From Candidatus Fimimorpha excrementavium (GTDB lineage: Bacteria > Bacillota > Clostridia > Lachnospirales > Lachnospiraceae): a stretch of 64,000 nucleotides of DNA. The stretch spans positions 6,598 to 70,597 of the forward strand of contig DVJD01000089.1 in assembly GCA_018710785.1 (NCBI GenBank), in the 5' to 3' direction. The notes below the pieces were generated by a model. That model saw only the letters and a list, made by a program, of their open reading frames with translations, had not been told where the DNA came from and made no database searches. A program made the translations under genes and the position numbers. Of the stretch, positions 15,884 through 24,580 are shown in pieces; the stretch's first letter is position 1; every line of letters starts with the position of its first letter.

Positions 15884-16537
15884 TTACTGGACAAGTCCCA
15901 GCGGCTGCAGCCACGGCTCGATATCCGCTTCGTCATTGGCCGTCAGGCCCTCGGCGATGACGGCATCCGGACAAAGTTCGCTGAAAATATGCAGGCTGTT
16001 GTCAATGGAATCGCTGGAGCTGGTGCAGAATGGAATGAGGGTTTTTCCGGAAAAATCATAGGAATCCAGGAAGGTGGCGATCATGGCCGGTGCTTCATCC
16101 CACCAGATGGGATAACCGACGAAAATCGTGTCGTATGCTTCGATATTGTCCGCGCTGACGGTGATTTCAGGATGAACCCCCTCCAAAATCTCCGCCTCTG
16201 CTTCTTCCTGCAGGTTTCCATATTCTTCGGCCCGTTGGATTTCGGCAAGCGTTCCTCCGGTGAGGTCAGCAATCTGTTCGGCAACCGCTTCGGTATTGCC
16301 TGTGTGGGAGAAATAAGCGACCAGAACCGTTTCTCCTTCCTGGGGATCGTCCGAGGGGAGGGAAGCAGAATCGGATTCGGTCTGCTCTGGAACCGGTTCA
16401 GAGGCGGTCTCACTCACACGCTCCTCGGACGATGGGGAAGGAGACGCCGTGGTACTGGCGCGGTCTGAAGAACAGGCTGCCAGCAAAAAGGTACATACAA
16501 GCATCAGTGCAGAAATTAAAATGATTCTTTTTTTCAT
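15884..16537 (-). CDS. Flavodoxin-family lipoprotein (predicted exported)
   Basis: Lipobox LLAACSS. Ser/Thr/Glu-rich linker. FMN-binding loop YFSHTGNT. Flavodoxin_4-like YPIWWDEAP. RBS AAGGAGGA. Confidence 0.85.
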   Translation of the reverse strand: MKKRIILISALMLVCTFLLAACSSDRASTTASPSPSSEERVSETASEPVPEQTESDSASLPSDDPQEGETVLVAYFSHTGNTEAVAEQIADLTGGTLAEIQRAEEYGNLQEEAEAEILEGVHPEITVSADNIEAYDTIFVGYPIWWDEAPAMIATFLDSYDFSGKTLIPFCTSSSDSIDNSLHIFSELCPDAVIAEGLTANDEADIEPWLQPLGLVQ

Positions 16538-16567
16538 TGAATTCCTCCTTGTTCATACCGCACATAA

Positions 16568-16613
16568 GAAATCAACCACACCAAGGGGCTTATTTCCTTT
16601 GTGTTGATTTTTC
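16568..16613. promoter_or_regulatory. Imperfect inverted repeat in the flavodoxin/TetR divergent region (candidate TetR operator or 5' UTR hairpin)
   Basis: GAAATCAACCACACCAAGG ... CCTTTGTGTTGATTTTTC. Confidence 0.35.
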
Positions 16614-16729
16614 TACATAGCTGTATTATATATAGAGACAAAACTCCAAAGCAATGGACATCAAAAAATATTTTGCGTAATATGCAACACAACAACTTTA
16701 AATGTGGCATAACGAAGGAGGATTTCTGC

Positions 16730-17305
16730 ATGGAACCGAAGAAAAAGGAAGATTTGCGCGTTAAAAAGACAAAAGAAGCCATCCGCAATGCCTTCAAGGC
16801 GATGATCTGCGAGATGGATTATGAACAGATTACCATAAAAGAGCTGACACAGCGGGCACAGATTAATCGAAAAACGTTTTATCTCCATTATGCCGGCCTG
16901 GATGAGCTGCTGGAAGAACTGCAGGAGGAAATCGCGGAGCATTTTATAAGCAGGAACGTCTCCTACGGCAGCATGAAGGATATACGAGATTTGATCCGTC
17001 TGTTTTTTGAGCGTGCGTCGAATATGCCTTTGCTCCACGAACGCCTGATGTGCAGCGGCAGCTACTATCCCATATGGGAAAAAATCAATGCACGGATCAT
17101 GGGATATCGGCGGGAAACCAACCGCGGCGTATTCGGTCTGGATGAATATTCGGAAAGTCTTGTATTCGCATACTATGGGGCCAATTCCACCGTCTTGTAT
17201 CGGCAGTGGGTGGCAGATGGAAAAAAGCTGCCCCTGGACGCGCTGATTGAAATGGCTACGAAATTGATCTGCAATGGAATGTCCAGTGTGGTGAAAGGAA
17301 AATGA
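16730..17305 (+). CDS. TetR/AcrR family transcriptional regulator
   Basis: N-terminal HTH KTKEAIRNAFKAMICEMDYEQITIKELTQRAQINRKTFYLHY. Start moved to ATG 16730 after AAGGAGGA. Confidence 0.85.
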   Translation: MEPKKKEDLRVKKTKEAIRNAFKAMICEMDYEQITIKELTQRAQINRKTFYLHYAGLDELLEELQEEIAEHFISRNVSYGSMKDIRDLIRLFFERASNMPLLHERLMCSGSYYPIWEKINARIMGYRRETNRGVFGLDEYSESLVFAYYGANSTVLYRQWVADGKKLPLDALIEMATKLICNGMSSVVKGK

Positions 17306-17322
17306 GGGCCTGTGATGGCCGG

Positions 17323-17385
17323 AAAAGGGAGTGCTGCAACATTCGCATCATTCAGTGACTATGCGAATTTTTCAGCACTCCTTTT
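17323..17385. terminator. Long bidirectional terminator hairpin with a CATTCGCAT / ATGCGAAT inner module
   Basis: AAAAGGGAGTGCTG ... CAGCACTCCTTTT between convergent genes. Confidence 0.7.
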
Positions 17386-17391
17386 CTGATT

Positions 17392-19671
17392 TTAAACGGA
17401 TGGTTCTGACTGCTTTTGGGAAGCTTTTCGAAATTCTCCCGGCGTGATGCCGGTTTCTTTTTTAAAGGTACGGATAAACACTTCATTACTTAAAAAGCCG
17501 GACTCTTCTGCGATTTTTGCTATGGTTTTCTGGGTAGTCAAAAGCAGTTCCTGGCTTTTTTCAATGCGCAGAGAAGTCAGATAAGCCAGTGGGCTCATAC
17601 CGGTTTCCTCTTTGAACTGCCTGGACAAATAGGATGGTGATATATGGAAATAGTTGCCCAGCCAGTTGATATTGACATCATGGTTGTCATAATTTTCCTT
17701 TAAAAAGTCGATTACTTTTTGGATCAGTTCATTTTCTGATTGGGTCAGGGAGTTCTGATAGTAGTCTTTGATCTGCTCCAGCGAACGGACTATGGCTTCA
17801 TCCAGATCGGGGATGGTGGTTGTGTGAAGCAGATTTTCCACCAGCTGATGGTCTTTTGCTGTAATCCGGTAATCGGAGGCCACTTTCAGCAGGGTATTGA
17901 TCATATCGTAGCGAAAGCACTGAAATACTTCACTGGAAGCTTCTGCCTCGTGAAAGCAGCTGTTTCGGATTTCGGTGTATGTCTCCAGAGCGGTTGGGAC
18001 ATCGGTTTTGGCCGAAATATAGACCTTCAGTTTGTTATAGCTTAATTTCATGGCATTATGGTTATAATTGTAGCGCTTGGTCTTGACGGCTCCGTACATC
18101 TGTATGGAGTGAATGCCGCAGATGGACTGATACTCCAGGGTCTGAAGTGCCTGGGAATAGGCAGTGTGAATCTCAGATAACGGCAGAGGATCACTGATTC
18201 CCATGGTATATAAAAGAGGAGACTCTTTGGAGAGGACATCCATCGCTTTTCTCACAGAATCTGCAGCCGCATCCATGGATACGGTATCCGGAGAAAAGTT
18301 GAATACTATGGCATAGCGCCGGGTATCTGTCTGGAAGACCAAAAAAGAAATGGGGGAATCCGAAGTATCATACAGACGGGATTCCAGTACGGAAGCCATG
18401 TCAAAATCCGCCGGGATATCGCTGTATAACTCCAGGATACCAATGCATTCCGTGTCATAAGGAAGGTTGACATTCAGATTGGCCAGGGCATTTTTTAAAT
18501 CAAAGCCTTCCGGAAGAATATGGTGAAAGGCCCGCGTCATAATACTGCCGACCAGATGATCGGATTCGCTGTTCAGCCGTTTGGCAAGTTTTTGCTTTTC
18601 CTCCAGAATAGAGTCAAATGCATTCTGGAAGGTATCAAACTCATTGGAAAGCGGTATCTTGCTCGGATAGCTTGTCTGAACTTTGGCCATCAGTTTCGAA
18701 ATCGGTGAGTAAGTGTAGCGGGTAAACAGAATGCAGGCAAATCCGCTGAGGATGACAAAAATAAGAAACAGTATCATCAATATCACATAAAAGCGATTCA
18801 AAGGCTGACGGTAGAGATCCATGGGAAAGTAAAACACATACTGAAATCCGGTGGTATCCGAGGTCTCCGCAGATACCGCATAGGTACCCGATGAAAATGT
18901 GTGGGAAACCAGACCGTCCGCAAAAGAAGGAACCTCCTGTACAAAGGAGGGATTGGTCGACAGCAGAGGGGTCCCATCGGGCATATATAAGGTGATGTCT
19001 GTTGGAGAATCGTAGATGGTATTTTGATTCAGCAAACTCCAGAGTCTGGATGGATCCAGGACAAAATTGATGTAAATGCCGTGATCCTGATCACGCTTTC
19101 CGGAAAAATAGGGGAAAAGGCAGGTATAAAGGATGGTCTGGGTCCCGTCCGGCATGGTGACCAGAGAGTAGGTTTCGCTTTTATAATTGGAAATCTGATC
19201 CAGCCATGTTTCGTACGCCATATCAGATCCGCGGTAGAGGGTCCGGTAGTAAGACAAGGAATCCGTCACCGAGGTGTAGGCAGGGACAATGGTATCATCC
19301 CCCCGATAGTAAATGAAAATATCATTATAATCACTGGTCAGCAGGGAATCCAGATAATCTTTCACCGGGATATAGGTGTAACGGCTGCTCTGTGTGGCCG
19401 AGGAACGGGAAATGCTTTTGATAAATGCTGAATTGCGCAGAATACTGTCTTTGATCTGCGCCATTTGATACAGCTGATTATCCAGGGTAGAGATCAGGTT
19501 TGACAGCGTCAGAGAAGTATTATCAAAAACAGAGCGGCGATAGGTTTGGGAAGTATAGTAAAAGGTGCTGATAATCAGAACGGACGGAATGATTAAAAGC
19601 AAAATATAAGTGATAAATATCCGCTTAAAATAGGAGCGTTTTTTCGGAGCGATTTTAGATATTGCGTTCAT
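17392..19671 (-). CDS. Membrane-anchored AraC-family transcriptional regulator (TM, ~270-aa extracytoplasmic domain, TM, cytoplasmic domain, AraC HTH)
   Basis: Two hydrophobic helices (IFITYILLLIIPSVLIISTFYY and FYVILMILFLIFVILSGFACILF). C-terminal double HTH ...SPSYLSRQFKEETGMSP...IAEESGFLSNEVFIRTFKKETGITPGEF. Confidence 0.85.
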   Translation of the reverse strand: MNAISKIAPKKRSYFKRIFITYILLLIIPSVLIISTFYYTSQTYRRSVFDNTSLTLSNLISTLDNQLYQMAQIKDSILRNSAFIKSISRSSATQSSRYTYIPVKDYLDSLLTSDYNDIFIYYRGDDTIVPAYTSVTDSLSYYRTLYRGSDMAYETWLDQISNYKSETYSLVTMPDGTQTILYTCLFPYFSGKRDQDHGIYINFVLDPSRLWSLLNQNTIYDSPTDITLYMPDGTPLLSTNPSFVQEVPSFADGLVSHTFSSGTYAVSAETSDTTGFQYVFYFPMDLYRQPLNRFYVILMILFLIFVILSGFACILFTRYTYSPISKLMAKVQTSYPSKIPLSNEFDTFQNAFDSILEEKQKLAKRLNSESDHLVGSIMTRAFHHILPEGFDLKNALANLNVNLPYDTECIGILELYSDIPADFDMASVLESRLYDTSDSPISFLVFQTDTRRYAIVFNFSPDTVSMDAAADSVRKAMDVLSKESPLLYTMGISDPLPLSEIHTAYSQALQTLEYQSICGIHSIQMYGAVKTKRYNYNHNAMKLSYNKLKVYISAKTDVPTALETYTEIRNSCFHEAEASSEVFQCFRYDMINTLLKVASDYRITAKDHQLVENLLHTTTIPDLDEAIVRSLEQIKDYYQNSLTQSENELIQKVIDFLKENYDNHDVNINWLGNYFHISPSYLSRQFKEETGMSPLAYLTSLRIEKSQELLLTTQKTIAKIAEESGFLSNEVFIRTFKKETGITPGEFRKASQKQSEPSV

Positions 19672-19812
19672 GGGTTCCCTCTCCTTAGTTTAAAGTCATG
19701 GTAAGGTTATGTACAAATTATGTACATTAATACTATACACAAAATTACGAAATAATCAAGGGAAAATAGACAAATGATCAGCGGAAATGGAAAAGATATT
19801 GGGTCATTTTAC

Positions 19813-19844
19813 ATTTGGTCAATGAAAATAATTTGGTCAATGAA
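19813..19844 (+). promoter_or_regulatory. Direct repeat ATTTGGTCAATGAA x2 upstream of the sugar ABC operon (candidate AraC-type binding sites)
   Basis: Identical 14-mers at 19813-19826 and 19831-19844, about 80 nt upstream of a TATAAT (19921-19926) that has a poor -35. Confidence 0.35.
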
Positions 19845-19959
19845 TGCATTTTGCCATAATTCTTTTGAAATTATCAGTATATTTTTAAAAATAGCTATAT
19901 TTTTTCGGCGCATGATCCGCTATAATGAGCGTATTCAAAAACAAGGGAGGAATGAAAAC

Positions 19960-20925
19960 ATGAGCCGAAAGAGACAAAGAGGAGGAATCGTACATAGTGT
20001 GATGCCGCCGCAGAAAAGCTTTGGAGCCAGGCTGAGACGGGATATGTATATGAACAAATGGAAATACATCCTGATCATACCGGTGGTACTGTACTTTGCG
20101 CTTTTCTGCTACAAACCCATGTATGGAATCCTAATCGCGTTTAAGGATTATAAGCCAAGACTTGGCGTTGCGGAGAGCCCTTGGGTGGGCATGAAGTATT
20201 TCGAGATGTTTATCAATGATATCAAGTTCTGGACTGTACTTAGAAATACCTTTTCCATCAGCGCCCTCACCATTATATTTGGATTTCCGGCACCCATTAT
20301 ACTGGCGCTGCTCTTAAATGAGATCAAGTCGTCCAAGTTTAAGCGGACGGTGCAGACCATTACATACTTGCCTCACTTTATCTCCGTGGTCATTGTCTGT
20401 GGTATGCTGAAGGAGTTCTGCATGAGTGAGGGGCTGTTCAGCAGCATCGCCCAGTTTTTCGGCGGGGAAAAACAGAATTTTCTTCAGAATGCGGATGTCT
20501 TTTATCCCATCTATGTGCTGTCGGATATCTGGCAGGGCATCGGATGGAACTCCATCATTTACCTGGCAGCCCTTTCTGGCATTGACCAGGAGCAGTTTGA
20601 GGCGGCGCGAATCGACGGAGCCGGCCGTTTCGCAAGGATGATTCATATCACACTGCCGGGGATTATGCCCACCATTATGATTCTGTTCATCCTTCGTATG
20701 GGAAGCATCCTGAATGTCGGACATGAGAAAATTCTGCTTTTGTATAATCCTACGATCTACAGCAAGGCAGATGTCATTTCCACCTATGTATACCGTACCG
20801 GTCTGGAGAGCGCGCAGTACAGCTACAGTACCGCGATCAACTTATTTAACTCTTTGGTAAATCTGGTATTTCTCCTGCTGACCAATTACATCAGCAAACG
20901 ATTTACAGAGAACAGCTTTTTATAA
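19960..20925 (+). CDS. Sugar ABC transporter permease (LplB-like)
   Basis: Multi-TM protein with FKDYKP motif and EAA loop EAARIDGAGRFARMIHITLP. Start moved to ATG 19960 after GGGAGG. Confidence 0.85.
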   Translation: MSRKRQRGGIVHSVMPPQKSFGARLRRDMYMNKWKYILIIPVVLYFALFCYKPMYGILIAFKDYKPRLGVAESPWVGMKYFEMFINDIKFWTVLRNTFSISALTIIFGFPAPIILALLLNEIKSSKFKRTVQTITYLPHFISVVIVCGMLKEFCMSEGLFSSIAQFFGGEKQNFLQNADVFYPIYVLSDIWQGIGWNSIIYLAALSGIDQEQFEAARIDGAGRFARMIHITLPGIMPTIMILFILRMGSILNVGHEKILLLYNPTIYSKADVISTYVYRTGLESAQYSYSTAINLFNSLVNLVFLLLTNYISKRFTENSFL

Positions 20926-20946
20926 AAGGAAGGAGGAAAACAGGAG

Positions 20947-21861
20947 ATGAAAGGGAAAAGAGAAACCCATAAAAATCGGATTCGTAGAAGTAAGTGGGAT
21001 TGGGCATTTGACCTTACCAATGGCGCCATTATGATTTTTCTGGTAATCGTGACGGCATATCCGATGTACTATATCATCTGTGCGTCCTTCAGTGAGAGCG
21101 CGCAGCTGAGAGCCTTTCAGGGGCTGCTGCTGGCGCCCATCCACTTTACCACCGGCGCTTATAAGATGGCTTTTGAACATCCGCTGATTTTATCCGGATT
21201 TCGAAATATCTTGATCATTCTGGCGGTATCACTTCCGATCAATATTATTTTGACGTTGATCTGCGGATACTTTATGGCGTCGAAAAATGTGATGTTTAAA
21301 AAGATTTTTATCATATATTTTATGATCACCATGTTTATCAGCGGCGGACTGGTGCCGGGATATTTGAATATCCGGGATCTGGGGCTGTATGACAGCTTGT
21401 GGGCGCTGATTCTGCCGGGAGCCGTCTCCGTTTACAATGCCATCATAGCCAAGACGGCCATTGAAGGAATTCCGGACAGCCTGATCGAATCCGCCTACAT
21501 GGACGGCGCAGGAGAACTGACCATTCTGTTTCGGATTATTATGCCTCTGATCAAGCCCACCGTGGCAGTGCTGCTGCTCTATTATGGTGTGGGACATTGG
21601 AACAGCTGGTTCAACGCATCCATTTACATTGACAATCAGGACCTGCTTCCCATTCAGAATGTCCTTCGTGCGATTCTGATTGAGAACTCGGATATCCTGG
21701 GAAGCGGAGCGACAGGGGATGTGGACGTCACAGTCAACCAGTATACGGAGACCATCAAGTATGCCACCATCGTGGTATCCACGCTCCCGATTTTGGTTGT
21801 CTATCCATTCATACAGAAGTATTTCACCAAGGGTGTCATGATCGGCGCGGTAAAGGGATGA
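20947..21861 (+). CDS. Sugar ABC transporter permease (LplC-like)
   Basis: Multi-TM protein with EAA loop ESAYMDGAGELTILFRIIMP. RBS GGAGGA. Confidence 0.85.
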   Translation: MKGKRETHKNRIRRSKWDWAFDLTNGAIMIFLVIVTAYPMYYIICASFSESAQLRAFQGLLLAPIHFTTGAYKMAFEHPLILSGFRNILIILAVSLPINIILTLICGYFMASKNVMFKKIFIIYFMITMFISGGLVPGYLNIRDLGLYDSLWALILPGAVSVYNAIIAKTAIEGIPDSLIESAYMDGAGELTILFRIIMPLIKPTVAVLLLYYGVGHWNSWFNASIYIDNQDLLPIQNVLRAILIENSDILGSGATGDVDVTVNQYTETIKYATIVVSTLPILVVYPFIQKYFTKGVMIGAVKG

Positions 21862-21978
21862 GTGAAGCGCGCAGCGGAAGGGGAAGATCCGCTTAACCGA
21901 AGAATAATCGTCGGATGCGGTTCCGGCTGATTATATATTTTTTAAGAAAGAATTTTAGAAAAACAAGGAGGAAAGAAC

Positions 21979-23628
21979 ATGAGAAAGTCAAACATTGGCA
22001 AGATGACAGCATCTGTCCTGGCAGCAGCCTTGTGCATGGGAACATTGGCAGGCTGCGGAAGTACACCGGCTGGGACAGCAGGCGGGGAAACAAATGCCCA
22101 GGAAACCAAAGCCGAGGAAACAAAGGCAGCAGAAGGCAGCGAGGGAGAAGCGGATACAGAAGGAGCTGCCGAAGGAGAAGTTTCCTATCCGCTGAACAGC
22201 GATGAGACGCTGACCATCTGGACGCCGCAGGCGCTGCCGGCAGGCTATACGGATTACAATGAAGTGCCGTTCTATAAGAATTTAGGAAAGCAGATCGGTG
22301 TGAACATTGAGTGGAGCGGTCCCAGCACCGGTGAGGATGCCAAGAAAGCCTACAGTCTTTTGATGGCAGCGGAAGAACTGCCGGATATCATTTTCTACTG
22401 GCCGCTGCAGAATGGAGAAGAAACCGATATTGCCGATGGAATCTATGTGGAACTGACCGATTATCAGGAGTATTTCCCGGATTATCTGAAGGCAGCGGAA
22501 GCCACAGGAGAAATCAAGAATACAAGGATGGATAACGGCGGCATCGGAACCTTCTGGATGATGCGCGGCGATGAGCGTCTGAATGTATACCAGGGGATGG
22601 TAGTGCGTCAGGACTGGCTGGATGAGTGCGGTCTGGAAGTGCCGGATACGCTGGAGGAGTATGATACTGTGGCCCGTACCTTCCATGAAAAATACGGTGC
22701 GGTCTTCACACAGGTGGACAGCCGTTCCATGAACTCTGTAAATACCGCGTTTAATGCCACAAAAGCTTATTATGTCAACGATGAGGGAGAGATTGTGCTG
22801 GGCGCCATCGAAGACAATTACAGAGAGTATCTGGAGTTTATGAATCAGTGGTATGAGGACGGCATCCTGGATCCGGACTTTGCCACCATGGATGCAAAAA
22901 TGCAGGAAACCAAGGTGCTGAATGATCAGACCGGTTTGGCTGTCACATCCAGCGGTACCGTATCCGGCTGGATCAGCAACCTGGAAGCCAACGGCAACTC
23001 CGCTGAATTCGTGGCTGCTCCTTATCCGCCGAAGGAAGACGGCGAGACACCGGAGTTTGGCCATGCCAGAAATATGGTTGTAAGCTTTGGCGCAAGAATC
23101 ACCACAGACTGTGAAAATATTCCTCTGGCCTGCCAGGTACTGAACTGGGGTTATACCGAAGAAGGTCAGCTGTACTGGAACTTTGGTGAAGAGGGCGTAA
23201 GCTATGAGATGAAGGATGGCGAGCCGGTATTTACCGATGTGGTTATGAAGGATGAAAAGGGAATCGATCATGGTATCAATACCTATGCCGGCGCCGCAGG
23301 AAACTTTGTCACGGTTCAGGATTACAGAATGTGGGAACAGAAGAATACCGATGTGGGCGTTGCAGCAGTGGATGTATGGGCAGAGACCAATCAGAAAGAT
23401 CATGTGCTTCCAAATCTCTCCTCTACACAGGAAGAAAACGAAGCCATCACAAATGACAGTGCTGCCATCAACAATTATATCGATGAAATGTACTATAAGT
23501 TCATCATGGGCGAAGAAAGCCTGGATGATGCCAACTGGCAGAAGTACGTGGATACCATCAAATCCATGAATGTGGACAATATCCTGAAAATCAAGAATGA
23601 GCAGCTGGATCGCTGGAACAACAGATAA
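21979..23628 (+). CDS. Large extracellular sugar-binding lipoprotein (LplA-like, 549 aa)
   Basis: Lipobox LAGCGS, acidic linker, long SBP body. RBS AAGGAGGA. Confidence 0.85.
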   Translation: MRKSNIGKMTASVLAAALCMGTLAGCGSTPAGTAGGETNAQETKAEETKAAEGSEGEADTEGAAEGEVSYPLNSDETLTIWTPQALPAGYTDYNEVPFYKNLGKQIGVNIEWSGPSTGEDAKKAYSLLMAAEELPDIIFYWPLQNGEETDIADGIYVELTDYQEYFPDYLKAAEATGEIKNTRMDNGGIGTFWMMRGDERLNVYQGMVVRQDWLDECGLEVPDTLEEYDTVARTFHEKYGAVFTQVDSRSMNSVNTAFNATKAYYVNDEGEIVLGAIEDNYREYLEFMNQWYEDGILDPDFATMDAKMQETKVLNDQTGLAVTSSGTVSGWISNLEANGNSAEFVAAPYPPKEDGETPEFGHARNMVVSFGARITTDCENIPLACQVLNWGYTEEGQLYWNFGEEGVSYEMKDGEPVFTDVVMKDEKGIDHGINTYAGAAGNFVTVQDYRMWEQKNTDVGVAAVDVWAETNQKDHVLPNLSSTQEENEAITNDSAAINNYIDEMYYKFIMGEESLDDANWQKYVDTIKSMNVDNILKIKNEQLDRWNNR

Positions 23629-23670
23629 GCGGGAATGGTTTTTATTGGCTGATTCTGTGTGACAGGAGCA

Positions 23671-23721
23671 AAAAGGGAAGATAGCGGATAGCCTAAAGCG
23701 GAAGCGGTATCTTCCCTTTTT
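23671..23721 (+). terminator. Terminator or attenuator after the SBP gene
   Basis: 13-bp stem AAAAGGGAAGATA / TATCTTCCCTTTT followed by T. Confidence 0.65.
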
Positions 23722-23875
23722 CCGTCCCGCCCGCGGCGATTGATTCATCCGGAAAATGGAAAGAAAGTCAAAAAATAGAGATTGAAAAAGCATCGGAATT
23801 GGGGGTATTATAGTTATAATCTGACAGAAAGGAAAAGATGTGTTTTAGTTTCTAAAACCAACATCCGATAAAAAA

Positions 23876-24511
23876 ATGAAGCGAATATTATTTCAAGGGG
23901 ATTCCATCACGGATGCGGGAAGAGCAAGAGAGGATGGCTTCGATACGGGGAGAGGATATCCCACCCTTGTGTCGGCGAAGCTGGGATTTGAGTATGCCGG
24001 TGAATATGAGTTTTTAAACAGAGGGATATCCGGCAACCGCAGTATTGATGTGCTGGCAAGAGTAAAGGAGGATATCATCAATCTGAAGCCGGATGTCATG
24101 AGTCTGCTCATTGGAATCAACGATGTCTGGCATGAATTGGCACGCCAGAACGGTGTGGATGCACAGCTGTATGCGAAATACTGCGACATCTTGATCACGC
24201 AGGTAAAGACAGATCTGCCTGATATCAAAATCATGATCCTGGAGCCGTTTGTCCTGAAAGCATCGGCGACGGAGGGGCAGTGGGAGCTGTTCCGGGAAGA
24301 AACAGAAAAGAGGGCCGCCGGGGCAAGAGCCCTGGCAAAACGGCACAAACTGGTATTTGTACCGCTGATGAAGACGTTTGATGAGGCACAGCAGCGCGCG
24401 GAAGCAGGATACTGGTTAAAGGATGGGGTACATCCGACATCCGCAGGACATGAATTGATTGCGCGGGAATGGATAAACGCTTTTAAAAACGAAATCCTGC
24501 CGACTCTGTAA
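23876..24511 (+). CDS. SGNH/GDSL-family esterase
   Basis: Block I FQGDSITD and block V DGVHPTSAGH. No signal peptide. Confidence 0.8.
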   Translation: MKRILFQGDSITDAGRAREDGFDTGRGYPTLVSAKLGFEYAGEYEFLNRGISGNRSIDVLARVKEDIINLKPDVMSLLIGINDVWHELARQNGVDAQLYAKYCDILITQVKTDLPDIKIMILEPFVLKASATEGQWELFREETEKRAAGARALAKRHKLVFVPLMKTFDEAQQRAEAGYWLKDGVHPTSAGHELIAREWINAFKNEILPTL

Positions 24512-24580
24512 GCGGAGAAGGAAAAGAATGGAGTTGCAGAGACCTGACATAATCAGTGTTGGGAAGGAGCAGTGTGTGGC

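Noticed and set aside
22282-23793. Long antisense ORFs opposite well-supported genes: 22282..23793, 25559..26920, 45439..46521, 47382..48386, 14215..15351, 11488..12549, 1387..2418, 30918..31946, 33026..33766 and 29522..30169.
   Set aside because: All lie entirely within, and antisense to, genes with clear family motifs. Their translations are compositionally biased (His/Arg/Gly-rich) and lack RBS and start context. These are typical frame shadows.
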